Assembly: GCA_039589315.1 (NCBI GenBank)
Contig: JBDHHQ010000043.1
Span: 32,001 to 96,000, forward strand
Origin: Gemmatimonadota bacterium
GTDB lineage: Bacteria > Gemmatimonadota > Gemmatimonadetes > Longimicrobiales > Gaopeijiaceae
Reading direction: 5' to 3'
Length of the DNA stretch: 64,000 nt
The notes under the pieces were generated by a model. That model was not told the DNA's origin and did no database searches. It was given only the letters and a program-made list of their open reading frames with translations. The stretch's first letter is position 1; every line of letters begins with the position of its first letter. The position numbers were made by a program, and so were the translations under genes. Of this stretch, positions 50,371 through 59,924 are shown piece after piece.

Positions 50371-52989
50371 GTGTTAACCGACCAGGAGATCGGCGTGTCC
50401 CGCAGCCTAGATACCCAGGTGGATCCAGACGGTGGGGCGCGTGCAGGAATCGCGGCGGGCCTGCTACCTTCGGGAACCCGAAGCGAGGACACCGATCCCG
50501 TCGCCGAGCCCCGACCACCGTTGAAGCGCAACCCAACGTCTGGAGCCCCATCGGAAGCAGAGCGGCGTTGGGTCTACGCCGGCACCTTCCTCGTAGCGTT
50601 CTCCCTGCTTTCGTTCGAGATCACCACGATTCGGACGATCAACTTCACCGTGGGCCCCAGCCACATCTTCACGGCCATCGCGTTGGCCATGCTGGGGCTG
50701 AGCTCCGCCGGGTCGATTCTCAGCCTGTTCGACCTCCGCTCGCCCAGACAGCGCAGGGCCGCGGTTTGCTTCTGGTCCTGTGTCGCCATCGGGCTCTTGC
50801 TGGTCCTCACCCACTTCTTCGTGGCCAGGACCAAGACAGGGCTGGACGAGGCGCTGGCGGCCTCGGGCCGCGCCGGGGGGTTGGCGGGGGTGATCGAGAC
50901 CCTGTTCCGCCTCAGCGTGCCCGCGGCGCTGGAGATCGGCCTGCTCCTGAGCCTTCCCTACTTCCTGTTCGGAGCGTTGCTGGCCTACCTCTTCTCCAAT
51001 GTGGAGGGGCCGTACTACGGCCGCCTCTACGCCTCCGACCTCATCGGCGCCGCCTTCGGATGCATCGGGAGCATCCTGCTGATGGAGTTCGCGGACTATG
51101 CCTTCTCCGTCACCGCACCGGCGGCGTTCGCGCTGCTCGCGGCAGCCGCATACGCGAGGCCGTCCCGTCGTCGCCTGGCAGCGGTCGGTCTGGTTCTGGC
51201 CGGGATCGTGTCCCTCGCCCCATTCCACCCTGGATTCGCCAGCCGGGTAGAGCCACCCGCCAACGCCAATTACCTGGTTCGTGACTACGGCTTCCGTGAA
51301 GAGGTGGCCGAGGTCTGGCGGGCATGGAACAGCTTCACGCGGGTCGGCGCCGTCGAGTGGCAAGACGGGTCCGAGTCGAGCGCGATCCTGTCCCTGGCCA
51401 ACGGAGACGGGATGGCGTGGCTCCTCCCCTTCGAGGGTCCGAACGCAGGACACGAGCCCCACCCGCCGACGTTGCCCGCGCTGTTGCCGCGCACGCCGCA
51501 GAACGCCCTGGTCCTCTTCGCCGGGACCGGGGCCGACCTGCTGACCATGAAGGCATCGGGCGTGGGGGAGGTGACCGGCGTGGAGCTCAACGCGACGTTG
51601 GTGGAAGGTGGGCTCGCCCTGGAGGAGTACCGCCTCGCGGACTTCCTGGACCTGGAGGGCGTGCGCCTGGCCGTCGACGAGGGCCGCGTCTTCATGGAGC
51701 GGGACGACCGGAAGTACGACATGATCCTGATGTCGTGGAGTGGCACCACCGCAGCGTATTACGCGGGATCTCTGGGGGGCACGACCCAATACGTGTACAC
51801 CCACGAGGGCATCAGCGCGATGCTGGACGCCCTGTCGCCGGACGGCTACGCGGTGATCCTCCAGGTCAACAAGGTGAACATGTTGGCCAGCGTCCGCCGG
51901 TACCTGGAGGATCGCGGGGTGAGCGCACCGGAGCGCTCGGTGATCGTGCTCTTCAGTCCCGGCGACCCGGAGCGTCTGTGGACCCGACCCTTCGACAACA
52001 ACCCTCTGCTCGTCAAACCGGCCGGTTGGTCGGATCGGGAAATCGAGACCATCCGGAGGAACGCCCAGGCCAACGGTCTGGAGCTCGCCTACGCACCAGG
52101 CCTCGGCGCGCACCCGGAGTTCGAGGTCTACCAACGGGTCGTCGGGGCGGAGGACGTCAGCCGTGAGCTGGCCCTTCTGCGCCAGGAAACTCGGCTCCGG
52201 TTCGACGTGGCCACCGATGACCGTCCGTTCTACCTGGATCTCTTCCTGACCAGCAGGTATCTCGACGCGGACTTCTGGCTCGGATCAGCCGGCACCGAAT
52301 GCGGGCGGGCCCACGAGGTCTATCACCTCTTCCGGGTCATGGTCATCCTGTGCGTTTCCCTGGCGGCGATCCTCCTGATCCTCGGGCCGCTGCTCCTGGG
52401 CCGGGGGCCACGGGCCACACCGACGACCCTCTCCTACCTGGCCTACTTCACGTGCCTGGGCGCCGGCTTCATGTTCATCGAGATCGGGCTCATGCAGCAG
52501 GGCAGCCTCCTGCTCGGGAACCCTGGCTTGAGCATCGGCGTGGTGTTGGCGAGCATCATCCTCTTCACGGGCATCGGCAGCTTGCTCAGCCGCTGGACGT
52601 CCCAGAGAGGCCTCGGCCTGCGGACGACCGCCACGTCAGTGTGTGCCTACTGCCTGCTCCTCTACCTCGCGCTTCCGCCCGTGCTCGAGTCTCTGTTGGC
52701 GGTGCCGCTCCCGATCAAGGCCGTGGCCCTGACGGCCCTGGTGGCGCCCGGGGCGATGCTTATGGGGCAGTTGTTTCCCCGCGGTCTCGTGTCGGCACAG
52801 CTGGAGGACCCGGTCCTGGTCCCGTGGGCCTGGGGGATCAACGGCGCTTTGAGCACGATCGCAGCGGGCGTCGCTCCCTTGTTTGCCCAGGCCGTTGGAC
52901 TCGGCGCCCTCTATGTCGTCGCAGGCGGACTCTACGCGGCGATCGTGCTGCTTCCGACCACGGCGGCGGCGGTGCCGGGCCGAGCCTGA
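50371..52989 (+). CDS. Large membrane protein with central spermidine-synthase-like/SAM-binding domain flanked by TM bundles (start uncertain)
   Basis: RLYASDLIGAAFG, WNSFTRV, LVLFAGTGAD, GVELN, DEGR, ATDDRPFY, YFTCLGAGFMFIE, WAWGING. Confidence 0.85.
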   Translation: MLTDQEIGVSRSLDTQVDPDGGARAGIAAGLLPSGTRSEDTDPVAEPRPPLKRNPTSGAPSEAERRWVYAGTFLVAFSLLSFEITTIRTINFTVGPSHIFTAIALAMLGLSSAGSILSLFDLRSPRQRRAAVCFWSCVAIGLLLVLTHFFVARTKTGLDEALAASGRAGGLAGVIETLFRLSVPAALEIGLLLSLPYFLFGALLAYLFSNVEGPYYGRLYASDLIGAAFGCIGSILLMEFADYAFSVTAPAAFALLAAAAYARPSRRRLAAVGLVLAGIVSLAPFHPGFASRVEPPANANYLVRDYGFREEVAEVWRAWNSFTRVGAVEWQDGSESSAILSLANGDGMAWLLPFEGPNAGHEPHPPTLPALLPRTPQNALVLFAGTGADLLTMKASGVGEVTGVELNATLVEGGLALEEYRLADFLDLEGVRLAVDEGRVFMERDDRKYDMILMSWSGTTAAYYAGSLGGTTQYVYTHEGISAMLDALSPDGYAVILQVNKVNMLASVRRYLEDRGVSAPERSVIVLFSPGDPERLWTRPFDNNPLLVKPAGWSDREIETIRRNAQANGLELAYAPGLGAHPEFEVYQRVVGAEDVSRELALLRQETRLRFDVATDDRPFYLDLFLTSRYLDADFWLGSAGTECGRAHEVYHLFRVMVILCVSLAAILLILGPLLLGRGPRATPTTLSYLAYFTCLGAGFMFIEIGLMQQGSLLLGNPGLSIGVVLASIILFTGIGSLLSRWTSQRGLGLRTTATSVCAYCLLLYLALPPVLESLLAVPLPIKAVALTALVAPGAMLMGQLFPRGLVSAQLEDPVLVPWAWGINGALSTIAAGVAPLFAQAVGLGALYVVAGGLYAAIVLLPTTAAAVPGRA

Positions 52990-53213
52990 TCGGCGGCTCC
53001 CTGCGAGATCTCCATCGCAACGGCCGCCTGACACGGTCCCGAGGCGCCTGAACGCCCGACGGCGGCCGCTGGACCATCAGACGGATTCCCTGGCAGTTCG
53101 AGCCGCCAGGCGCCATCTTGGAGCGGTTGCGCCCCGCCCTCTTGAGCCGTCGGACCTGGAAACGGGCGCCTCCTTGCCCGCCCCTCAAAGCGCTCCATCC
53201 CTCGGAGGATACG

Positions 53214-54629
53214 GTGGCCAGCGAGACGAGAGCGAGCCCCCTTGACCGCTTCCTGCTTCTCTTCACCGACGTGCGCTCGGGCGAGGGCGCCAAGGCGGTG
53301 CTGCTGGCCCTGAACGTGTTCCTCATCCTGATGGCGTACTATGTCCTCAAGCCGATTCGGGAAGCGCTCATCCTCACCGAGGGGACCCCTGAGCTCAAGA
53401 GCTACATCTCGGCGGGCCAGGTGGGCCTGCTGGCCCTCATCGTGCCGGCGTACGGGTCCTTCGCGGGGCGGGTGAACCGTCGGCGCCTCATCAACTACGT
53501 CACGTGGTTCTTCGTGGCCTGCATCGCGGTCTTCTACGGACTGGGGCAGGCAGGCGTGCCCGTTGGCATCGCCTACTTCCTGTGGATCGGCATCTTCAAC
53601 GTCATGATCGTGGCGCAGTTCTGGTCCTTCGCCAACGACGTGTACACGAGCGAAGAGGGTGAGAGGCTCTTCCCCATCGTCGCCTTCGGCGCCTCTGCCG
53701 GAGCGGTGATGGGCGCCACGGTGGTGGGCCAGCTGATCGAGCCGCTCGGCATCTATCTGCCCATGCTGCTGGCAGCCGTGGTACTGGTCCTCCAAGTCCA
53801 GATCACGAACTACATCGACATGCAGGAGCGGAAGCACGGCCGCGCCGTCCCCGAGCCCTCCCGCAACGCCCCCGAGCCCGTAGAGCCTGCTCCGCCCGAG
53901 GGCACAGGCACCAGTGCCTTCCGGCTGGTTATGGCCTCCCGCTATCTGCTGATGATCGCCCTGCTTACGATGATCCTGAACTGGGTCAACACGTCGGGCG
54001 AGTACCTCCTCGGGCGCATCGTGAACGACACGGCCGAGGCCGCCGTGGCGGCCGGGACCACCGGCGGGCTGTCCGAAGGCCAGTTCATCGGTACGTTCTA
54101 CGCCGACTTCTACGGGGTGGTGAATCTGGCAGGCTTGTTGATCCAACTCTTCCTGGTGTCGCGAATCATCAAGTACCTCGGCATCAGGATCGCGATTCTC
54201 ATCCTCCCGCTCATCGCGTTCGGAGCCTACGGACTGATCGCTCTGTTCCCGGTCCTGGCCGTCGCCCGCTGGTCGAAGACGGCCGAAAACGCCACGGATT
54301 ACTCACTGAACAACACCGTCCGCCACGCGCTCTACCTGGTGTGCACCCCGGAGCAGAAGTACAAGGCCAAGCAAGTGACCGACGCGTTCTTCTGGCGCAC
54401 GGGGGACGTGCTTTCGGCCGCCGTCGTCTTCGTCGGCACGTCCCTCATGGCGTGGACGGTCAGCAGCTTCGCCCTGTTGAACCTGGTGCTGGTGGTCTTC
54501 TGGCTCGCGCTGGCCTTCTTCATCGGCAAGGAGTACACGAGGCTCGTGAGCTCCGGCGAGCCTCCCGGTGTCGACACGGGCAAGCTCGCGACCGGACCGG
54601 AAGAGGCCCTGGCTGGCCAGCAAGCCTGA
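53214..54629 (+). CDS. NTT/Npt (ATP/ADP translocase-like) MFS transporter
   Basis: GTG 53214 after GGAGG; AYYVLKPIREAL, QFWSFANDVY..GERLFP, DYSL..KYKAK..D.FFWRTGD. Confidence 0.85.
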   Translation: MASETRASPLDRFLLLFTDVRSGEGAKAVLLALNVFLILMAYYVLKPIREALILTEGTPELKSYISAGQVGLLALIVPAYGSFAGRVNRRRLINYVTWFFVACIAVFYGLGQAGVPVGIAYFLWIGIFNVMIVAQFWSFANDVYTSEEGERLFPIVAFGASAGAVMGATVVGQLIEPLGIYLPMLLAAVVLVLQVQITNYIDMQERKHGRAVPEPSRNAPEPVEPAPPEGTGTSAFRLVMASRYLLMIALLTMILNWVNTSGEYLLGRIVNDTAEAAVAAGTTGGLSEGQFIGTFYADFYGVVNLAGLLIQLFLVSRIIKYLGIRIAILILPLIAFGAYGLIALFPVLAVARWSKTAENATDYSLNNTVRHALYLVCTPEQKYKAKQVTDAFFWRTGDVLSAAVVFVGTSLMAWTVSSFALLNLVLVVFWLALAFFIGKEYTRLVSSGEPPGVDTGKLATGPEEALAGQQA

Positions 54630-54885
54630 GGCCGAGGCAACCGCCTGGGACGTCCTCAGCCGCCCGTCTCGGCCGGGGCTCCCTATCCAAGTGGCTATCC
54701 GTGGCGGCTTCCGGCGCCCTATCTTCTGTGTTGTGCCCGGCGCCGGCGTCTTGCCTACGCTCGGCACGACGTGCAAAGACCCGGGACGCGGCGAGCCGCC
54801 GAGACGGCGCTGACCTCAGCCCAGCCCGCCCACCCGTGACGACAACGATATCCAGCCCTGAGACCGAAGAACCGAGGCCCCCGGC

Positions 54886-55812
54886 ATGACCGCGTTTCTA
54901 CAGCTCGTAGAGTTCCTCGTAGCGATCAGCGTCGTGGTTTCCGGCGTCAGCAACTACCTGATCGTCAACAAACTGTGGATCCGGAAGGCCCACAAGGACG
55001 TGGCAGAGAGCATCTCCATCGCCGCGGCGCTCCTCGGCCTGGCCACGGGCCTACCGTTCTTCATCCAGTTCATGCTCGTCGACCAGAATCCGGCGGCGGC
55101 AATCAAGTCCGCCATCGGCATCGCCACGGGCATCATCTTCGTCATGATCGGTACGGGGCTCTGGGTCACCGAGAATCGTGGTGAAGGCTTCTTTCGGCTG
55201 TTCATCCGGGCACTGAGGCTGGAGCGGGAGGAGTCGGCTGACCTGCTCAAGGCGCTTGCCCAGCCGAAGGGTGCCAAAGAGCTCATGGACGTCTTCGAAG
55301 CCATGGCGGCGGTGGACAAGCACGTGGACGAGCGGGAGCTGGAGATGATCCGGCTGTTCGCCCGGCGCTGGCATCTGGATCTCCCGGAGCTGGAGGCTGG
55401 GGAACGGGAGACCGCCACCGATCTGCTCTCGCTCCGCGACACGGTAACGGCCTACCTGGACGTGGCGCCCCCGGAGGAGCAGGCGCAGGAGCTGGTGGAC
55501 CTGCTGCACGTGTTCGCGCGAGCCGACGACGAGGTCAGCCGCGAGGAGGAGCTGGCCCTCGAGGAGATCACCGGCATGGTGGGACAGTACGTGGGCAAGA
55601 ACGGGGCCGGCGTCATGCACGAGGTGGTCATCGTGCCCCAGGACGACAGCCAGACCGAAGCCGTGCGCTCTCTGCTGCCAGGTGTCGAGCCCAAGGTGAT
55701 CCAGGGCGGACGGGTCTTCTCGGTAGGACGCTTCTTTTCCCCGCGCTACGCCGACGTGGTCTGCGAGAAGTACATTGCCCTCGGGCTGTTCACGGCCCGC
55801 GTAGACTCATGA
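54886..55812 (+). CDS. Membrane protein with tandem TerB-like domains
   Basis: About three N-terminal TM helices; MAAVDKHVDERE and FARADDEVSREE TerB-type acidic motifs. Confidence 0.65.
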   Translation: MTAFLQLVEFLVAISVVVSGVSNYLIVNKLWIRKAHKDVAESISIAAALLGLATGLPFFIQFMLVDQNPAAAIKSAIGIATGIIFVMIGTGLWVTENRGEGFFRLFIRALRLEREESADLLKALAQPKGAKELMDVFEAMAAVDKHVDERELEMIRLFARRWHLDLPELEAGERETATDLLSLRDTVTAYLDVAPPEEQAQELVDLLHVFARADDEVSREEELALEEITGMVGQYVGKNGAGVMHEVVIVPQDDSQTEAVRSLLPGVEPKVIQGGRVFSVGRFFSPRYADVVCEKYIALGLFTARVDS

Positions 55813-55894
55813 GCGCCCTGCGAGGGTGGCCCCCCCCCACACCGCGCACCACGCCAGGTATCCCCGCCACCAGGTGGCCGGTGCCGCAGTGGTC

Positions 55895-56176
55895 CTACGG
55901 CCGGGTCAGCGCCTGCTGAAGCAACTGACGGAGTCGGGCGGGCGACGCGTCCTTGAGGCTCTGCTCGACGGCGTGGAACAGCCTCTTGCAGGTTCGGCAC
56001 TCCACGACCCCTCCCTCCACCGGGCGGTGCACCTTGGCGGATCCGCACCGGGGACAGACGGGCCGCTCGGGACAGAGCGGGTTGGGACATTCCGGTTCTG
56101 ACGTGGGCCTGCCGGTTCGCTTCAGCGCTACCTGGATCGGGTAGTGGCACTTGAGGCAGGGCCTGCTGGGAAGCAT
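55895..56176 (-). CDS. Small Cys-rich double zinc-ribbon protein
   Basis: CLKC, CPNPLC, CPRC, CRTC in 93 aa; strong RBS GGGAGGAAGGA before the ATG. Confidence 0.65.
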   Translation of the reverse strand: MLPSRPCLKCHYPIQVALKRTGRPTSEPECPNPLCPERPVCPRCGSAKVHRPVEGGVVECRTCKRLFHAVEQSLKDASPARLRQLLQQALTRP

Positions 56177-56330
56177 CGGGTCCTTCCTCCCTGAAGTGTC
56201 CCTGGAGCCTGAGTCCGCTTGGACTGCACGCGACCACGTGACGGTGCACGTCCTACTCTATAGGTGTCGGTCGTCCGCTCGCAGTTGTCGAGTCGGACGT
56301 CGACCTCCGACGTAGCGGCCCGGGATCGGC

Positions 56331-57374
56331 TCAGGCGTAGTCTTCCAGCGTCCCCGTCCGCCTCACGTCCAGCGTGACGCAGTGAAAGGAGCCACTCATG
56401 GTCAGGCAGTGTCGGAGCTTGAGCGGCACCACGTCGATGTCGTGCCTCTCGAGCAGCCTGATGAGGGGCTTCTGGGGCTCGGCCACCACGGCCAGGCCGG
56501 GGTTGACCATGAAGAAGTTCATCCCGGACCAGAGGCTCGCGCGAGGGTAGTCCCAGGCGTGGCCCGTATCGACCATCTCGGGGCACCAGAGGATCTCCCA
56601 GTCCTTGAACAGCGCCGGCATGTTCTCCTCGTTGATGCGTGAGGGGTTGAGGAGCACTCGGCCGGGCCCGAGCAGGTTCACGGTCGTGTCGATGTGGGTG
56701 CCATCGTAGACGCCCACGAGGGGGTGCACCCGGTACTCGTCACCCAGTGCGCGCTGGAGCCACTGGGCCCCCAGCATGTTCCCGCTGCACGAGACCAGGT
56801 AGATGATGTCGCGTCCCGCCCGCAGGACGTTCGCCGCGTCGAACAGGGGCTCGTGGTTGTGGAGCTGATTGCCTGGAGCGGGCACGTCGGCGTAGTTGCA
56901 GTCGAGGAGCCGTGGCTTCGGGGCGGAGATCCAGTTCGCCCCACTCTTGAAGTAGTCCAGCAGAATGTGCTTGTAGGCGAAGGGCTCGAAGAAGCGAGAC
57001 CTGAGCGGCATGGGGGTCTCGATGATGGTCTGGCCGATCGCGAGCAGCACGTCGCGGGGGCAGTAGTTGAACTCCCCGTCGGACTGCCAGTCCGGGGAAC
57101 CGAACATCCTCGCGTGATCCGTGGCCTTGGGACGCCGCACGACCACGCCGAGCCCCTCCAGCGTCGAGGCCAGGGCGTCGAGGTCTTCGTTCGTCTCAGC
57201 GAGGATCCGCTCGTCGTAGGCTCCGGACGGAATCTCGTCGATGCTGTCGTGGTGCTCGAAGTACTCGATGGCGAACAGGTCCTTCTGGCCAACCGGTACC
57301 CGGGCGCCATCCGCGATCCCGACGATCATCTCCTCGAGTGGATCCCACTCATTGTGAACGTTGACAAGTGACAT
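56331..57374 (-). CDS. L-arginine amidinotransferase, StrB1 (inosamine-phosphate amidinotransferase)-like
   Basis: MSLVNVHNEWDPLEE, YCPRD, FDAAN, THIDTT, FHCVTLDVRR (Asp/His/Cys triad); 347 aa; AAGGAG RBS. Confidence 0.9.
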   Translation of the reverse strand: MSLVNVHNEWDPLEEMIVGIADGARVPVGQKDLFAIEYFEHHDSIDEIPSGAYDERILAETNEDLDALASTLEGLGVVVRRPKATDHARMFGSPDWQSDGEFNYCPRDVLLAIGQTIIETPMPLRSRFFEPFAYKHILLDYFKSGANWISAPKPRLLDCNYADVPAPGNQLHNHEPLFDAANVLRAGRDIIYLVSCSGNMLGAQWLQRALGDEYRVHPLVGVYDGTHIDTTVNLLGPGRVLLNPSRINEENMPALFKDWEILWCPEMVDTGHAWDYPRASLWSGMNFFMVNPGLAVVAEPQKPLIRLLERHDIDVVPLKLRHCLTMSGSFHCVTLDVRRTGTLEDYA

Positions 57375-57434
57375 CGGTGCTGAACTCCTTACCCCTCGGG
57401 CGCTTGAGGCTCGGCTCACGGACATGTTGCAGTT

Positions 57435-57450
57435 AGCAAGGCTCGTGCCA
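57435..57450 (-). promoter_or_regulatory. Sigma54 (-24/-12) promoter for the amidinotransferase
   Basis: Minus strand TGGCACGAGCCTTGCT matches consensus TGGCACG-N4-TTGCW, ~60 nt upstream of the ATG. Confidence 0.8.
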
Positions 57451-57488
57451 ATGTACCCTCGTTTCGGGCGTCCGCGGGGGTGGGCAGG

Positions 57489-57504
57489 TGGCACGGCAAT
57501 CGCT
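57489..57504 (+). promoter_or_regulatory. Sigma54-like promoter for the asparagine synthetase-like gene
   Basis: TGGCACGGCAATCGCT with GG-N10-GC spacing and one mismatch in the -12 box. Confidence 0.65.
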
Positions 57505-57580
57505 ATATCCCAGGGGTCCCGGTCCCGGATCTGCGGTTCGGGTAGTGAAGCGGCCTCGGGGAAGATCCCCAGGAGCTGGC

Positions 57581-59314
57581 GTGACGAGAAGCGTGAGGGA
57601 CTTCCTGGCGTGGGTGCCACCGTCCACGTCGTCGGCCGAGGCCAGCAGCGAGGCCTTCCGGCGGCTGGCGGGTGTCGCCCCCTCGCTGGAGCTGCGGGGC
57701 CCCCACCACGCCGTGCTGGTGAGCCTGGGCCCGCTCGTCAGCGTAGGACGACATCCGGGAGAGCGAATCACGCTCCTGCTCTGCAGTGACGTGCTCGAAG
57801 CCGGCCCCGACCCGGCGACCCGACTGGCCTCCGGGTACGCGACGCGAGGCGGGGACTTCGCCCGCGACGTGCATGGCTCGTGGACCGCCCTGGTCGTGGA
57901 TGAGGCACGAGGCGTGATGACGGCCTTCACCGACCGGGTGGGCTCCCGGCGCCTGTTCCACGCGGGCGGCCCCGGGGCCGGCCACTGGCTGTCGCCCAGC
58001 CTTCGGCACATTCCCACCGAGGGCCACCCGCTGGATGCCGTCGGAGTGGCCTGGTTTCTGTCCAACGGCGCCGTCCACTGCGGACACACGCCCTTCGCGG
58101 GCGTCACGGTGCTGGAGGCGGGTTCAGCCCATGAGGTCGCCGACTCGGGGCTGCGGAGCCGGAGGTACTGGCAGTACCCCTTCCCGCCCGACCGCGCCGG
58201 TGGAGACGAGCGGGCCGCAGGCTCCGAGCTGCTGGAGCGGCTCGAGGCAGGAGTGCGACGTTGTGCTACGGGACCTGCCGATCTCTGGCTGTCGTTGAGC
58301 GGCGGATACGACTCCCGCACCATCGCCACGATGCTGCGCAACGTGGGCGCCATGGACGTGGAGTGCTTCTCCTACGCCCATGGGCGGGCCCAGGAAGGCA
58401 CCGACGCGTGGGTGGCCCGCCAGATCGCGACCTCGGTCGGCTTCGCCCACCGGACGATCGAGAGCTACCAGGGCGACCTGGTCGGGCACGTCCGCCTCAA
58501 CGCCCGGATGGGTGAAGGCGTCTCCCCCGTGTGCGACGAGATCGACGGATGGCGCGAGGTGGGTCGGATCGCCCAGGACGGCCAACGCCCCACGCTGCTG
58601 GTCGGTGACCACTTCCTGCCCGACCGGCCCGAGGCAGGACCGGCGCTGGAGAAGAAGTATCCACCCGGGAAGATGCGTCCGTTCGAGGTCGCCTCTTGGC
58701 TGCAGCCTCGGCTTCCGCCGGAGGTCTATCGGTCGTTCGTGGAGGGCGTCCAGGACGATATCGCATCGCTGCACGCGCAGGTGGCCCACGCCCCGACGCG
58801 GATCGACAACCTGATCTACCTCGAACAGCGACTCCCCAACGTCGTGCTGCCCTGGAGACACGCCTTCGCGGGACCGACCTTCAACGTCCGCACGCCCTTC
58901 CTGGACAACGACGTGATGGACTTCCTGGCCACGCTGCCCGGTCCCGTGCTCAGGGGCACGTTCTACCACGATGCGGTACTGCGCGCCTACCCGGAAGCCT
59001 TCCAGATCCCCCTCGCGCAGACGGCGGGTTATTACCCGCCGCTGAGGAACGAGCTGGCCCGCAACGCCGACGCGTGTCGCCGCCTCATTCGGGAGGCTCC
59101 CAGCCGGCTCGACGAGCTGTTGCCGCCGGAGCTGGGCTTGTGGCTGGTGGACCAGGTGGCGGTGAGCCGAACGTTGGCCACCCGGCTCAAGGGTCGTTGG
59201 GGCCGCTGGTTCCGGCGCTCACCCTCTGCAACCAGGGTAGCGGCCGCACCCGGCGCTGTGGGGGAGCACCTGCTTCTCCGGCGCTACCTGGTACTCCGGG
59301 AGGCTCTGGCCTGA
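57581..59314 (+). CDS. Asparagine synthetase-like ATP-dependent amide ligase, paralog of 10998-12848
   Basis: DVHGSW, TDRVGSRRLF, HTPFAGV, PP-loop LSGGYDS, VRTPFLD; GTG 57581 after AGGAG (the ORF-track start overlaps the promoter). Confidence 0.8.
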   Translation: MTRSVRDFLAWVPPSTSSAEASSEAFRRLAGVAPSLELRGPHHAVLVSLGPLVSVGRHPGERITLLLCSDVLEAGPDPATRLASGYATRGGDFARDVHGSWTALVVDEARGVMTAFTDRVGSRRLFHAGGPGAGHWLSPSLRHIPTEGHPLDAVGVAWFLSNGAVHCGHTPFAGVTVLEAGSAHEVADSGLRSRRYWQYPFPPDRAGGDERAAGSELLERLEAGVRRCATGPADLWLSLSGGYDSRTIATMLRNVGAMDVECFSYAHGRAQEGTDAWVARQIATSVGFAHRTIESYQGDLVGHVRLNARMGEGVSPVCDEIDGWREVGRIAQDGQRPTLLVGDHFLPDRPEAGPALEKKYPPGKMRPFEVASWLQPRLPPEVYRSFVEGVQDDIASLHAQVAHAPTRIDNLIYLEQRLPNVVLPWRHAFAGPTFNVRTPFLDNDVMDFLATLPGPVLRGTFYHDAVLRAYPEAFQIPLAQTAGYYPPLRNELARNADACRRLIREAPSRLDELLPPELGLWLVDQVAVSRTLATRLKGRWGRWFRRSPSATRVAAAPGAVGEHLLLRRYLVLREALA

Positions 59315-59416
59315 GGCGCGCGAGGCGCCGCTCGATCGGGGTCGTCGTGGCTCGCACGATGGGCTGATTCCGGAGGATCTGAGAAAGGCCAGGCACCTCG
59401 CTCGCGGCGGGAGGCG

Positions 59417-59462
59417 TTGCCCATGATCGGCATTATGTGTATCGTGTAATTGCATTACACGA
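59417..59462 (+). promoter_or_regulatory. Sigma70-like promoter with overlapping palindromic operator
   Basis: TTGCCC-17 bp-TATCGT; perfect inverted repeat TCGTGTAAT-TGC-ATTACACGA (59442-59462). Confidence 0.7.
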
Positions 59463-59522
59463 CGGATACGCCCCGACCTCGCCGGGCCTTCGGCGTCCCG
59501 TCCAGCCCGAGCCCGAGGTTCC

Positions 59523-59924
59523 ATGGAAGAGTTGATCCAGCGCGTTCAAACCCTCCTGCGCGAGAAGGGAATCGAATGCGAAGGGGCACCCGCGGTGATC
59601 GGCCAGGGCCCGGTCAGGCTCGTGTGCCTGTCAGGGCGCCTGGGAGGTAGTCTAGAGGCGCTGAACGCCCTCCCACGCGATCAGGTGGTCATGGTGCGGG
59701 TCGATGAGGACACGCTCGATCGGCTCGACGCGTGGGTGGAGACAGGCGCCCTCAAGAGCCGGTCGGAGGCCGCGGCGCTCTTCATCCGCGAAGGACTTCA
59801 GATCAGAGCCACGGAACTGTCGGACCTTCGGGACGCTATCGACAGCGTTCGGAGAGCCAAGGAGGAGCTGCGCGACGCCGCGGCCCGCGTGCTGGGTGAG
59901 AGGGAGGGAGTGGGCGATGGTTGA
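59523..59924 (+). CDS. Ribbon-helix-helix (CopG-like) DNA-binding protein
   Basis: VVMVRVDEDTLDRLDAWVETGALKSRSEAAALFIREGL followed by a coiled-coil; GAGG RBS. Confidence 0.78.
   Translation: MEELIQRVQTLLREKGIECEGAPAVIGQGPVRLVCLSGRLGGSLEALNALPRDQVVMVRVDEDTLDRLDAWVETGALKSRSEAAALFIREGLQIRATELSDLRDAIDSVRRAKEELRDAAARVLGEREGVGDG

Noticed and set aside
55830..55838. C9 homopolymer as a phase-variation tract
   Set aside because: It lies between convergent gene ends, outside any supported CDS or promoter.
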